A stretch of 64,000 bases of DNA from Octopus vulgaris (GCA_951406725.2 OX597814.1:41850001-41914000), one strand, 5' to 3'; numbered from the stretch's first letter, positions 1-15,468 are shown. The notes: generated by a model from the sequence alone, not told the origin. Numbers and translations are program-made.

Positions 1-264
1 GCGCTTATGCGTGTATGTATGACAAGATGTGTTTGAGACGTGTCATTGGACTCTTACTACACAGTATATGTATATAATTATCATTTTATTCCCTTTCTTT
101 TAAACATAATTTTAAGTATAAATTAGATAATTATATATAATTTTAGATACTAAGTAGATAGTATAAATTTATTTAAGCATTATGAATACATGTAGCAACA
201 TATTCGAATAGTTTTAACCTCATGAGGATGTTAACATACAGCTAATTACGAACGCATACACAAA

Positions 265-301
<37 letters not shown>

Positions 302-424
302 ACTTTGTGTATAATTGTCGTGCATGTGAGTGTGTGTACGTGCGTGCGTGCATGTGTGTGAGTTGGCATTTGTTACACTCATGAATAGTTTTCTCTCTCT
401 CTCTTTTTGTCAACTCTCTCTCTC

Positions 425-463
<39 letters not shown>

Positions 464-1360
464 GTGTATATATATAAACATATATATTGATAGATAGTTA
501 TAGTTATATTGATATGTATGTATATATGTATCCATGTATATATATATGTGTGTGTTTGTGTGTGTGTGTATGTGTATAGTATGTCAAAAAGATTAGTCAT
601 AAATATGTATAATCATATACATATATATATATATATATGCATGTATGTATGTATGTATATATATATATATATATATTTAACTCTGAGATCAGTGTGGCCC
701 TTGTCTTTGTGCCTCTTTTTTTTTTATAAAGCATTTATTTCTAGAAATTGAAAGTTACTCCTGTTTGCAAATGGGCAAAATTTTAAAATATTTTGGGAAA
801 ATATTTGTAACCTTAATTTCCTTGAGATAATTATCCATGTAAATCCATGAAATGTTGTCTTTGATATTTCTTACTATCGTACAAATGCATTAATAACTAT
901 GACAGACCATATGATATTTGAGTATGCACTCGCAATCACACCCACACTTGCTTGCTTATGCTTTCAGGCAAGAAACTGACAGTTATTAAGGTCAATCTAA
1001 CCGAAGATTCTATCCCTTTAAAGTTATGATTCTCGTTCACAGGTCGTGATATGTATTATCCATGATAATTACTGGTAATCATGATTTCTTTTCCAAATTC
1101 TTATTTGCTATTGATCGTTGAAGCATTTTGCGTTAGAGAATGTCAAGTTACATAAAATTATGACTTGTACAATATTAACTCTTTCGTTTTGTGTTCGTAT
1201 CCTGACGTAAAAATACAAAGAACAACTATAACTTTGTGGGACACATGATATTATCTTACTACCTACTTGCAGAACACTTTTATTACATTATACATAGAAC
1301 TGCTGTATCTATTGCACAGAGAGGCACTCAGAGGTACCCATATCGCACACACTCATACAC

Positions 1361-1436
<76 letters not shown>

Positions 1437-1553
1437 GTATGTATATATATATATATATGTATGTATATATATATATATGTATGTATGTATATATGAATAT
1501 GTATATAAGTGTATCTCTGTGTATGTGTGTGAATGTTTCTGTATATATGTATA

Positions 1554-1616
<63 letters not shown>

Positions 1617-1726
1617 CTAAGCATGTATGGAAACATTTATGTATGTATTTATCTATTTATATATATATATCTCTATCTGTAGCTCTTTCTTTCTATCTAT
1701 CTATATGTCTCTCTCTTTAGTCTCTA

Positions 1727-1794
<68 letters not shown>

Positions 1795-2463
1795 ACATAC
1801 ACACATGCACCTATATGCATATACTTCTATACACACATATACAATTTTAGGAACTAACACATAAACTTGTACACCTGTGAACGCACTGACATTTCAGTGA
1901 ATACTTAGCACGCACCAACATAATTCATACATCTTTTTTTTTTTGTAATGTGTTATATGCTACGTATAATCATGCTTTTCTTTTAACCGGAAGATAAGTT
2001 ATTTTAGTGCGTGGGCAACAGTAATCGGTGGTTTCTCTTAGATAATTTACTCTGACAATCAGAAGAGAGCATACTGATATCCTTTATCTACGAAATATGT
2101 TTCATCTATATTTTTGTTCCACACGGGTAACATTTATATGATGACATTGATTGTGCACGTGGTGCAGCTGACATACAAATGTGAGTATGTGCGCGCACGC
2201 TCCGTGTGTGTATAGCTGTTTAGCTCAAGAGAGTCAGATACAGTATAATCAAGTGTTAATCAATGGTATACCCACAACAACCAGGTGAGGGCTTATTGTA
2301 ACTACTAGAGAATTAGCGTGTTAATATATGCAATAAAGTTTCTCTGTCGAGTTTTCAAATGTTTTTAAATCTCATGGCAATGGCTAATATATGAAGGGAA
2401 TATATTACATTCCATTTAAAGTATGTACCTGGTGAGCGCGTCAAAGAAACTCCTTATACCTTA

Positions 2464-2521
<58 letters not shown>

Positions 2522-3628
2522 GATATAGATACGCACATTTTATGTATATATACCTTGTAGTCGCGTGTATTTGTGAGATAGTAAGATTGACAAGAGTTAC
2601 ATCAGTCCAAATAAAAATGAATTTCTTTTTATGGAGTAGATACATATATAAAATATTAATGATTAATTTACCGATAAATAATAAAAGTAACACAGGTAAA
2701 TATATGAAACACATTCATAACAGATACCCAGGAAAGGGCATCATAAAACATATAGATTTCCTTTATATATATATATGTCTGTGTGTGTGTGTGTGTGTTT
2801 ACATGGATGTGTTGGAGCATGGGTGTATATATACATATACATATATACAAATATATACACAAATATACATAAATATACACCTATAGAATTATGTAATACA
2901 TACACATATGAGTATGTGTGTATGGAGGAATTCTTTGTAGGCACGTGGCTTAGTGGTGAGAGTGTTGTACTCATGACTGTAAGATTGAGCTTTAGTTTTC
3001 TGAACCGAAAGGGGAATAGTTTTTGAGTAAAATACATCCTTTCAGGTTGCTCCATTACACACAGTTGCCACAAAATAAGTAATCCTGAGGCGGACGAGCA
3101 TCGCTCCTAGATTGCAGCAATATACACACACAACGTACAGGAAAGTAGCCTTGTTAGCCTAAAGCACGGAAATGACTGTTGATCCTTTTTGTGTTTATAT
3201 ATATGTGCTTGTGCATATGTTTAAGAATTTTACTTTACAATCTAAGTGTTTCAGATGCAGTGTCACTGCATGGCACATTGGGAAAAAGGTTTCTACCACA
3301 GCCCCGGGACGACCAAATCCTTGTTAGCCGAGTTCTGTGCGGAGGCCTGTTGTGTGATGAGAGTTTCTGCTCACGTGAAAGTGTGTGTGTGTAAATGTAT
3401 GTGCGCCTGTGTGTACGTATATATATTCGCACTTTACCCCAATGCGTGTTGGATTGTTTACGGTGCCGGTTGAAAATATTAAAAAATTGTATGTATACTG
3501 CGAAGGAAAACGGGTTTATTTACTTATACAGACATACGTTTAAGCATACATACATATATATATATGAACCCATCTTTCAATCTCTCCCTTTCTCTCTCTC
3601 TTTCTTTATATATATGTATATGTGTGTG

Positions 3629-3921
3629 TGAAGTTGCATGGCTTAATGGTTAGAGCATAGAACTTACGATCGTGAGGTTGTGAATTCGAATACCCACCGG
3701 GGTGCGTGTTGTGTTCTTGAGCAAGAGACTGTATTTCACCTTGCTTCAATTCACTCAGCTGTAGAAATGAGTTGCGACATCACAGGTGCCAAGCTGTATA
3801 GGCCTTTGCCTTTCCCTAGGATAACACTGCTTGTCATCCTTAAACAACCTTGCCCGAACATGTGACTGGGGGGTTATCTTTCTAGGTGCAATTCCATGGT
3901 AGTCATGACCGAAGGGGGTTT
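3629..3921 (+). mobile_element. tRNA-derived SINE (family C, CORE/V-like central domain)
   Basis: A-box-like TGGCTTAATGG and B-box-like GAATTCGAATACC, followed by TGTGTTCTTGAGCAAGAGAC...CACTCAGCTGTAGAAATGAGT. Related copies lie at 53325-53625 (-) and 54730-55040 (+). Confidence 0.7.
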
Positions 3922-4751
3922 CAGCATATATATATATATATATATATATTAGGTAATAAGAAGGAAAGAAAACAAAAGGGGATGAACAAGTGATACTTTT
4001 TGATAAATGGGTTATTACTTGAAGGATTATATGAAATTACTGTGACATAAAGTTTTATGTATACGGGCATACATCTATGTACGTGTGTATGCATGCATGC
4101 CTGTATGTATGTATGCATGTATGTATGCAGGCATGCATATATATATTTATGCACGTTTTTATTTACCTTGTCTTAGGTTTCTGAACTACTTACGTTGCTA
4201 GTCTTCCCATACCTGTTACTTCATATCCGAAACTCTGAGACGATGAGAACTTTCTTAATTGTGTGTGTGTGTGTGTGTGTGTGTTTGTCTGCGTTTGTGT
4301 ATGTATTTGTGTGTGTGTGCGTGTGTGCGTGTATGTATGTGTGTGTGTATGTGTGTATGTGTGTATATGTGTGGGTGTGTGTGCTTGTGTGTGTGTGTTT
4401 TGTAATCTACATAGAACTGAAATACTGTTCAAATTGATCCCACAATACGGCGTGTTGATTACGAAAATTTATATTCCATATCCGAGCCTGTAAATCAAAT
4501 TGGGTGCACAGAACTATGTTGAATACTCTCTTTGGAATAATCAGCGCGTTTAAATTATCCTGCCATGTCGCACACTATGCCAGTCTGAAATCCCTTGTGG
4601 TCAACACTACGTTTACATGATAACTTCTCTTGATCTAACAACTGAAATGTCATGGCGTAAAACTCTGAAAAGTTCACACATGCTTATATATCAAAGTAGA
4701 TGCGACTTAAAATTCCAGTACTGACACTTTATATAAATGCATTCATAAATA

Positions 4752-4910
<159 letters not shown>

Positions 4911-5099
4911 GTATATATGTATATGCTACTGCCACACTTTTTGTTTTTTAATTCTGAAGCCTATAATATTCCTCTGACTTGTATTAACACGATACTTTGT
5001 GTATAGAAAAACAACCACACTTGAAGTGAAAGCCATTATAAGACTGTCTGCGCTTGTCATATTAGCCCCACCCACGCACACACATGCACGAAGAAACAC

Positions 5100-5400
5100 A
5101 TGAGGCTGTGTGGTGGACCCGTGTGAAAGGTTTGAAGACAGGCACATTCCCATCTGGTCAAGCTCTCATGAATTTCTTCAACTAACATTTGAAGAGGAAG
5201 GTGATGGTAGAGTGGGATTTGTTGCTTTGTAGTGCGTTTATGAAAAGATGGTCGACAGAGGCAAGACAGGTGAGCCTGAATGAATCGACTCTGAATAAGC
5301 CTTTCTAAGTAGGAGGAAAGAAACTAGAAGAAAGCATTTCTCAATGCCTTGGAGATAGCAGAGGACTTCGGGATTTTTGTGTGGGGCTTAACCTGGATTA
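5100..5400 (-). pseudogene. highly decayed non-LTR retrotransposon RT fragment (CR1/L2/Jockey-like)
   Basis: Minus-strand peptides across frameshifts (SKAL, SHSTITFL, LVEEIHESL, KPFTRVHH) resemble the RT pattern HST.TAL...I...LD...KAFDRV.H. Confidence 0.4.
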
Positions 5401-5439
5401 CCCTAAGTGGACTACCCCGCTATTGACGATTATATTTAT

Positions 5440-5620
5440 TTAGCACGCCAGACATGATGCCTAGCGGCATTTCTCCCATCCTTACGTTTTAAGCACAAAT
5501 TTCGCCGAGGTTGACTTTGCCTTTCATCCTTTCGGGGTCGACAAAATAGGTACCTGTTGTCACTGGGGTCAATTTAATATTCGAAATTTCAGGTCTTGGG
5601 CCTATAGTAGAGAAGATTGT
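5440..5620 (+). mobile_element. SINE family A, partial
   Basis: CGCCGAGGTTGACTTTGCCTTTCATCCTTTCGGGGTCGACAAAATAGGTACC core shared with the other family A copies. Confidence 0.8.
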
Positions 5621-5796
5621 TATTTATTTCTCTGCTTTCTATTATATATCCTCTGTTATATCCTTTGATATGGTAATACCCCCCCTTGATTGATGTTAAC
5701 CCCACATATTCTCTTTTATAATATTTTTGTGCTGTAACCCGTCCTTCGATATTGTCCTCCAAGTCTTGGGCCCTTGTGGCCAATAAAAGTAATCAT

Positions 5797-6071
<275 letters not shown>

Positions 6072-6290
6072 AAGCGATGAGCTGGCCGAATCGTTAGCAC
6101 GCTGGACAAAATGATTAGTGGTATTTCACATGTCGCTGCGTTCCGAGTTGAAATACCGTTGTGGTTGACTTTACCTTTCATACTTTCGTGGTCGTTAAAG
6201 TAAGTACCAGTCGAATGCAGGGGTCGATATACTCGACTCATATCATCCCCACCAAAACCGCTGCCCTTGTGTCAACATTTGAAACCATTA
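6072..6290 (+). mobile_element. SINE family A, diverged
   Basis: GAGCTGGCCGAATCGTTAGCACGCTGG head and GTTGACTTTACCTTTCATACTTTCGTGGTCGTTAAAGTAAGTACCAG core. Confidence 0.8.
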
Positions 6291-7322
6291 TCAATATTAT
6301 TATTTTTATTAATAGTAATATTAATAATAATAGTAACAAGAACAACAACAACAACAAAAACAACAACAGCAACAACAATAATAATAATAATAACAACATC
6401 AACAACAAAACAACAACAATAATAATAATAATATTTTGCATTTTCTGTAGATTTCAAACAATCCTACAATAAAGAATTTCTCGACATATCGTTTGGATCA
6501 CGTCAAAATAAAAGAAAGTGTTTTACAATGAACTATAAGAAATATACATTTCAAAACGAAAATTATTGAAATGAAGATGTAGAAATTTTGCCTAAAGTAT
6601 TTTCCATCAACAATAGTCTTAAAAACTTCCATATTTCTTTTTACATTTTAAATTAATTTCAATTTTAAACTCATGTTTATTGTATGAAATGCATAATACC
6701 TGTTGAAATGTGTGCATATCATACCATCTCTATCATTACTTACGTATATCTATCATTTACCTTCGTATCTATTATCTATCTATTCATATATGATGATGAC
6801 TGCCGTACACTCTTGACCGACAAAAGACCATCGCTGACCATTTCCCAAGCAAAATTCAAGCAATGTTCATACATGTGGGTAATGCACCAACAGTTGACTT
6901 CACCTGGTTTCGCCTCCAAGTCTTCCATACACATTGAAGTACCATCCTACTCGACCATTAATCGGATTGTTGCCTCGCTGGCGATTTCACAATTGTAGGT
7001 TCAGTAAAGCTTGCTCAACATCTCGCAAACTCTTTCAATATTTCTGCTATAACCCAGAGAGAAGCCAGAGATGCAATGCGAGTTTGGATCAAAAGCTCAG
7101 GAAAGCTGAAGCTCTATGATACTAAATGCAATAAAAATAACCCCAAATACACAATGCCATACCATACATATCTGGTTTTAATCGTAATGACTTTCTCTTA
7201 CAGACATGCTATAAAAATGGTTACGGGTTGCCCCACTCTCAGTACTCTTTCAGCATGCCGAATACCGACCAGGAATTTCTAAGAAGCGTGATATTGCTAG
7301 ATAGACGTTGAATATTCATACC

Positions 7323-7554
7323 TATTTCTTTATTACCCACAAGAGGCTAAACACAGAGGGGACAAACAAGGACAGACAAAGGTATTAAGTCGATTACATC
7401 GAACCCAGTGCGTAACTGGTACTTTATTTATCGACCCCAAAAGGATGAAAGGCAAAGCCGACCTCGGCGGAATTTGAACTCACAACGTAACGGCAGACGA
7501 AATACCGCTAAGCATCTCGCCCGGCGTGCTAACGTTTCTGCCAGCTCGCCGCCT
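7323..7554 (-). mobile_element. full-length SINE family A with 15-bp TSD
   Basis: Reverse complement reads GGCGGCGAGCTGGCAGAAACGTTAGC...GAGTTCAAATTCC...GCCTTTCATCCTTTTGGGGTCGATAAA...AATAAAGAAATA. Flanked by TTGAATATTCATACC (7308-7322) and TTGAATATGCATACC (7555-7569). Confidence 0.9.
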
Positions 7555-7774
7555 TTGAATATGCATACCGTTCATCTGTTCTTTTGACACGTCTTGGTTT
7601 TATTCCTGCTGGGATTTTGGCAACCCTCCAGACTAGGTAAGCCTAGTTCGGGTGCCGGTATAGTCGGTGTCGACCCGAACATGCAGAAGTTATACATGTT
7701 TTATGTTACCTGTAGCACAGATTAGTGATCTGAAATGTGACCTGACATACACATATGTGTGTATGTAATGCATG

Positions 7775-8172
7775 TACTCTTTTACTTGTTTCAGTCATTT
7801 GACTGTGGCCATGCTGTAGCACCGCCTTTAGTCTAACAAATCTACAACAGAACTTACTATTTGTAAGCCTAGTACTTATTCTATCGATCACTTTTGCCGA
7901 ACCACTAGGTTACGGGGGCGTAAACACACCAGCATCGGTTGTCAAGTGAGGTTTGGGGGACAGACACACAAGCAAATACGCACATATATATATATATGCA
8001 TATATACATATATATGACGGGATTCTTTCAGTTTCCGTCTACCAAATCCACTCACATGGCTTTAGTCGGCCCGAGGCTATAGTAGAAGACACTTGCCCAA
8101 GGTGCCACGCAGTGGGACTGAACCCGGAACCATGTAGTTCGTAAGGAAGCTCCTTACCACACAGGCACATCT
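7775..8172 (-). mobile_element. tRNA-derived SINE family B
   Basis: B-box GGTTCAGTCCC on the minus strand, internal TA/CA microsatellite, and TACTCTTTTACTTGTTTCAGTCATTTGAC tail. Homologous to 42816-43239. Confidence 0.85.
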
Positions 8173-9651
8173 ACATTTATACATACATACATACATACAG
8201 ACAGACAGATTTCTATATTCATACACACACACACATGCACACATATTGTTGACGTCAGAACTTTACAAACTTTGAAGATAACATGAAGTAAATCCGTCTT
8301 GGAATTAGATCCCAAAGTACTTAAATGCTATATATGATAACGTATAAGTATTCAATTGAAAAACACGTTTCGATATAAAAGTCAAAACGCAGGAAATTCA
8401 CACATGTATATACATACATTCTTAAAGTGAAATATAATCATGTATCTCGATTCTAGACAACAATGTTGAGATCTGTAGGAGTTAGAGTGCTGAGGGATTT
8501 TACGTGTCTGATCTCGCATTTTAATGAATTGTAACAAATTCCAGCATTTCCTTGAAAAATCTCTGCTTTCAAGCCTAATCAGGTTGTCACCTAATTCTAT
8601 ACAGTTGAACAGTACAACGATTTCTAGAACTGTATGAAGATTATGCTCTATCCACTTTCGAAAATCAAATCCGTATTTCACGTGGTCACACCGTTTCAGA
8701 GCCTTTAGAGGTTAACACACTTACATAACGATATGCTATGGCATTTATTTAATACATATATACATATAGTCTGATACACAGATCTTTCTCTCTTTCCCTC
8801 TCTCAATCCTCCTTCCGTTCTCTCTCTCTCTTTATATATATATATATATATATATATCTGTCTGCATAGTTGTGTGTGTGAGTGTGTGTGAGGCAAGAGT
8901 TCTCAATCCTATGACATAAAAAACATAGAAACGTAGCATGACCGGCATGCATTCAGACAGCGCTCTTTGAGGCTGGATAAGATCAAAAGTGAGAAAAACC
9001 GGGTTTGAATTTTCAAGTGGCACACATATACAAAGTATAGAATGCCAAGAAATCAAGTGTATTTCTGAAAATTTTGGAGGAAACATATATCTTTCAGAGT
9101 TCTTCATGAATCACAGTTACATCATTTACTGTCCACCAAAGGTTTGCGACGAAGAGCTCTTTCTGCAATGAGAAAAAAGAAACACAAAAAGCATGCATTT
9201 CAACTGATTCTAATGCACACACATACACGTATACACACACACACATTCCTAAAACACACAAACACATACGCACGCACAATCACACACTCACACACATGCA
9301 AACACACATGTGGATGCACATAGAAGAACATTCAGAAACGCGCAAAAATACCTCTGTAAAAACATAAAACACAAACTTCCAAACCGTGTGTATGTATGTG
9401 TGTGTACATGGGTGTGTAGGTAGGTATTTATTTATGCGTGTATAGTATGAAGTGATACACATACATATGAGTGCGCGTATGTAAAAGAGTCTACGCATTT
9501 GTGCGAAGCGCTTCAGGCCATATACTTTCCAAATGCTGGAGAAATGCCAAAATATATTTTTAAGAAGCCAGTGTGTTGGCAACTAAATATTCAACAATCA
9601 TATATATACAGCTTCTATGCATCTAATATCAATATATCCTTTTCTTTATCC

Positions 9652-9777
<126 letters not shown>

Positions 9778-9909
9778 AGCTATCTATCTATCTATCCATC
9801 TATCTATCTATCTATCTATCTACCTGCCTGTCTATCTATCTACCTGTTTACCTACATATTTATCTAGATGTATATGCTAAATATATATAAATATATGTAT
9901 CATACATAC

Positions 9910-10123
9910 ACAAGGAGGTACTGAAAAGTTCCTGGCTTTGGGTAAAAAGAAAAATACACGAGAATCGGTTATTTATGATATTATTCAGTACATTTCCCTC
10001 TCAGATTCACACACCTATTGCAATGGTCCTTCGAATTTTTCTGCATCCTAGAAAAGAACTCGGAAATTGGGATACTCTACAAGCGTTTCCCAAAGCCAGT
10101 AATTTTACAGCAGCACCTCCTAT
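9910..10123. mobile_element. mariner-derived MITE
   Basis: Imperfect ~30-bp TIRs (AGGAGGTACTGAAAAGTTCCTGGCTTTGGG / CCCAAAGCCAGTAATTTTACAGCAGCACCTCCT) resembling mariner TIRs; no coding capacity. Confidence 0.75.
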
Positions 10124-10555
10124 ATATGTACATATGAATGATATATATATATATATATATATATATCTTAGCGCCTATATATATGTATGCGTTCATACAC
10201 GAATGTATAAACCGATAGACAGATAGATAGATAGATAGATATCGCGATACACATGTTATGTACGAGTGTGTTTCTAAGTATGTATCTTCCTCTGTGTGAC
10301 TACGTATGTCTGCGTAAATTAAATCATGTGTTCTCCAGAGATACACAGCTGTATAGTCTACGAGTATACCTATCATTTTACAATCAATCGATTTCTATCA
10401 ATCAAATCTATCTGTATATACATCTGTGTGAAATCTAATGCGCTTAATGGGCATATATATATACTATATTCATTGTATGCTATATATATATACTCAGACA
10501 TACACATATACACAAACATACGCACATACACACACACACATACACAAACACACAT

Positions 10556-10618
<63 letters not shown>

Positions 10619-10761
10619 TACGTTTCTCTCCCACCCTCTCTATTTTTGTCTCTCTATATATATCCCTTTTCTCTGTATTTCTCTCCCTCACTCTCTCTCT
10701 CTCTCTCTCTTTATATATATATATATATATATTTATAATAATAATAATAATTATTATTATT

Positions 10762-10826
<65 letters not shown>

Positions 10827-11621
10827 CGTTATTATTATTAATACGGAGGCGGCTATACACAATAAAACCGCGAAAGTAAGAATTCATTTGTCACTAATTG
10901 TGAATGAGGGTGCAGGGTAGCACCTACCTTGCTAGAAATAAGAGTCAAAGGCCCTAAGAGCAGCAGGTCAGCACATGTGCTCTTCTTGTTTTCGTTTTTT
11001 GAGGCACTAAGGTTATTTGACACTCATTTCCAATCTAGGTGTTATCCTACATCTTCAGTCACAATTAGTGTCAGTTGAAAGTGCGCGCGCGCGCGCGACC
11101 GTGTGTGTGTGTGTGTGAGGCTGAAAGAGAGAAAGGAAATCAGAAAGAGGGAGAAATAGGGGTAGAGTATAAGCGGTATGTGCTTCATAAGTATTGCATA
11201 TAATTGATGTAGAGGCAGATTTATATATAGAGAGAGAGCAGGGAGGAGAGTAGGAACGTATGCAAGGAGTATGAAAATATACACAGGAGGGAGAAAATGT
11301 GTGTCTGGGGTGTTGGGTTGATGTAAGAGTGAAAATATACCTAGAGTCAGTCACACAAGCATTTAGCAAAGTTCACATTGTTTAATGCAATCGGAAAACA
11401 ATAACTAAACTGTTAATGAAACTAAAGCAACTTAGAGCTTGCTAACAACTACTGAGTATGTTGTATGAATGAGTAATTGACACTGTCTGAGAGTGCGTCT
11501 CTGTCTGAGTGTGTGTGTGTGTGTATGTGTGTGTGTATGTGTATGTGAGTGTTTGTGTGTGTGTGTGTGTGTCTGTCTCTATAATATATATGCGTATACA
11601 AGGCGGGGAGCTGGCAGAAAC

Positions 11622-12156
11622 GTTAGCACGCCGGGCGAAATTCTCACCGGTGTTTCGTCTGCCGCTACGTTCAGAGTTCAAATTCCGCCGAGGTCGACTG
11701 TGCGTTTCATAATTTCGGGGTCGATAAATTGAGTACCAGTTACGCACCGGTGTCGATATAATCGACTTAATCCGTCTGTCTGTCCTTGTTTGTCTCCTCT
11801 GTGTTTAGCCCATTGTGGGTAGTAACGAAATAGGTATTTCGTCGTCTTTACGTCTGAGTTCAAATCTCGCCGAGTCGACTGTGCCTTTCATCCTTTCGGA
11901 GTCGATAGATTAAGTACCAGTTAAGCACTGGAGTCGATGTAATCGACTTAATCCCTTTGTCTGTCCTTGTTTATCCCTTCTATGTTTAGCCCCTTGTGGG
12001 CAATAAAGAAATAAGAAACGTTAGCACGCCGGGCGAAATTTTTAGTGGTATTTCGCCTCTCTTTACGTCTGAGCTCAAATTCCGCTGCTTTCGACTTTGC
12101 CTTTATCCTTTCGGGTTCAATATATTAGATACCAGTAGCGTACTGAGGTCGATCTA
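11622..12156 (+). mobile_element. head-to-tail trimer of SINE family A
   Basis: Three successive copies of the GAGTTCAAA...GTCGAC..TGCCTTTCATCCTTTCGG core, starting near 11622, 11833 and 12015. Confidence 0.88.
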
Positions 12157-12376
12157 GAGTAAAATAGAATATATATGCATATGTGGTGTGTGGGTATAGT
12201 ATTTGAGCGTGTGCATATAAGCGACAAAGATTCATAAGTGTCAAGCACTAAAACTCTTCACCCCTGGGTCCTTTATTTTACTTTACAGCTAAATACATAT
12301 ATACATGCATACTTATAAATATATATATGTGTGTGTGTGTGTATGTATGTAGGTATGTATGTATATATGTGTGTGC

Positions 12377-12414
<38 letters not shown>

Positions 12415-12543
12415 GTATATAAATATATATGCGTATGTGTGTGTGCCTTGTCTTAATGTGTAGAGAGAATGATAGAAACAGGGGGACAGAAAGTATAAGT
12501 GTGTATTTTTGTACAAATATTAGAGTAAATATACATATAAATG

Positions 12544-12603
<60 letters not shown>

Positions 12604-12685
12604 ATGTGTGTGTATTTATGTACCGATTCACATCTAGACATTCTGGCGCACTCTTTCTTTCATTTTCTCATATAAATAATGCTAA

Positions 12686-12734
<49 letters not shown>

Positions 12735-13591
12735 ATCTTTATCCCACATAGGTATATATTTGTCTTTGAATGATCGTAATTCATAACCATATAGTTTATT
12801 TACTTCTTTCCCTTCGCTACCTCTACATTATCTCTCAATGTAGAAATTCTACATTCTACGCTCATCTTGGGTAAATCATAGCGTACATTTTAAAAAAGAG
12901 GGGAAAAAAACTTGTTGAAGCCTGGAACCCCCACAATATATTTATACACAAATTTCAATTCATCGCAAATAATAGCAATGCTACTATTTCAATTCGTTTG
13001 CACCTTCTATATTAAGAAAATAGAGTAAAAAACAGAGGAAGAAATCTAATAGGAAAAGAAAAAAAATACCTAGCCCATATCCTTCAAAATCTTCCCGGTG
13101 AAATATTTTCAGTGCTACAAAACAAACCGCCTACACAGGTGTATGATTCGAATGAGATGCATCATACCCCTGTTCGATTGGGCAAATATGTTCTGAAGGT
13201 TCTTTGATTATAAACCTAAATAACCACATTGCAGGTTTTATTGAGTGAGATAAGGGTTAACTGCATATATTTCATTAGTATCACTTAAGTTATTTCATCC
13301 AAATAGCAACAAAGACCTAAACAAAGTTTTGCTTAGGAATAAAAGACTTTAATACATAAATTATATGTATTATTTACTGGATGATGCACTCAATACCAAC
13401 CAACGGTACATTATTCAAATTCATGTAATATGGGATGGACTGCGATATACATATTCGACATACATTCGATTATTTCATGAGTTGACCAATTATGTTGGTG
13501 TAAATTGTATAATTTTAAAATATTCCCGTTATTAAAAAACAGCATGTTGATATACATACATAACAAACTATATATATATATATGTGTGTGC

Positions 13592-13628
<37 letters not shown>

Positions 13629-14543
13629 CATATATATATACGTGTATATATAGAGAGATAGAGAGAGTGAGAGAGAAAGAGAGATATATATAAAAATAGA
13701 TAGGTAAATAGATAGATAGATCGAAAGATAGATAGATAGATAGATTGGTAGGTAGGTAGACAGATAGATAGATAGATTTTGATATATGTATGTGTGTATA
13801 CATACATATATATATATGTCTATATATACATATATATATGTATATATATATGTATATATGTATATATATATATATATATATAAATATATACATGAATATA
13901 TGTATGCATGCACGTTTGTATAAGTCATACTTCATTCGTTCTATACTTTTATCAAATCTGAATATTTGTTGATATATGTGCAACCTAATTCAATTATTTA
14001 TTTATTTATACTATTCTCCTTCTTAACCAGACAATACTACGCTTCTTTCGCTGGAAATATTTATTCATCCGTCTATGAGTGCTGCAATCTGTCAGTCTAT
14101 TTTACCTGTTCATCCTTGCTTGCTTGTAATCTCCAACTATTTCTTTTCTTTTATTTCGATTTCTTTGATTCTGCTTGCCGATGTTTTACTGATGTTTTGT
14201 GTTAGTGACAGAAAGTTTAAGGACATATCAAATCTCTTGTTTTATATACCTGTATTCATACGTGATCGGTGATACAAGCATACATACTTACAAACATAGA
14301 TACATGTATACTTGCATATATATGTGCGTGCATGTATGCATACATACTACGACAGACATAACACACACATGCGCGCAGATATATAAATGTGTATGTATTG
14401 TATGAGTGTAGTTGTGAACGTGTGTAGAACTACATACGTTTGTTATGTTAGGTTCAGTGAAGTCTGATATTTCTTGTTCTTATTCTCATTCCTCACAATA
14501 TTTACTTATTCTAATATATTAGTAATTTGAGTTTTATATGCCG

Positions 14544-14615
<72 letters not shown>

Positions 14616-14945
14616 CTTATCTATCTATTTATATTTTTATATGTCTGTCTACCTATGTATTTATGTATGTAGGTAAATATATGTGTGTATGCATATATAT
14701 ATATATATTCATATATTATATATATGTACACACACACGCACACATATATATATATATGTATATATATATATACATGTGTCTCGAGTGTTTGTGAACGTAA
14801 ATTTATATATGTGTGTATATATACGTACATCTATCTAAAATCCGTTTTTCATCAAATCAACTGCGGTTCACATGCTCCATCTCAATTGCATATTTCTCTC
14901 GTTCCCTTTCATTACAATCTTTCCCCATCTCATCTCTTCTCCAGC

Positions 14946-14987
<42 letters not shown>

Positions 14988-15468
14988 ATGTTTTGGCTTT
15001 GCATTGCTCTTACTATTTGTCAACCGAACCGAGTCTCTCAATTTATTCACCCATACTCACACAGCAGCTATCTGCTTCAACCCATCGCATTGATCTATCA
15101 GCTTCGTAACCTACATTCTCTCACTCCCTTTCTCGTTCTCTTTCTTTCCTTTCTTTTTCTCTTTCTCTCTTTCTCTAACGTTTCATCAATCGCATTCCTA
15201 TCTCCCATTTTAGCCGTCGTCCACTGGGTTGCCAGTACATGATTCTCTCCATATATAATATCAGCCTATCTACCGGTCATCACATTTCACATTTAAGTCT
15301 ACAACACTATTGGAAGGTTGGCAGCCAGAGTGTTTCTCATTTTTTTTCTTTTTTTTTTGTCATTTTATTTCCTTTATGTTGGTATTTTGGTAAATGGAAC
15401 AGCTACGTTTCTTTTCTTTTTTAGTTGTTCATCTTTCGTATATAAACTCAAACACAGACGTATGTCTG

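Noticed and set aside
8280-8715. ORF 8382..8681 (MKYGFDFRKW...) as a transposase
   Set aside because: No recognisable motif; possibly the subterminal region of a DNA transposon, but I cannot support that.
11082-11117. (GC)n-(GT)n potential Z-DNA tract
   Set aside because: Expected by chance in such a microsatellite-rich region; no functional evidence.
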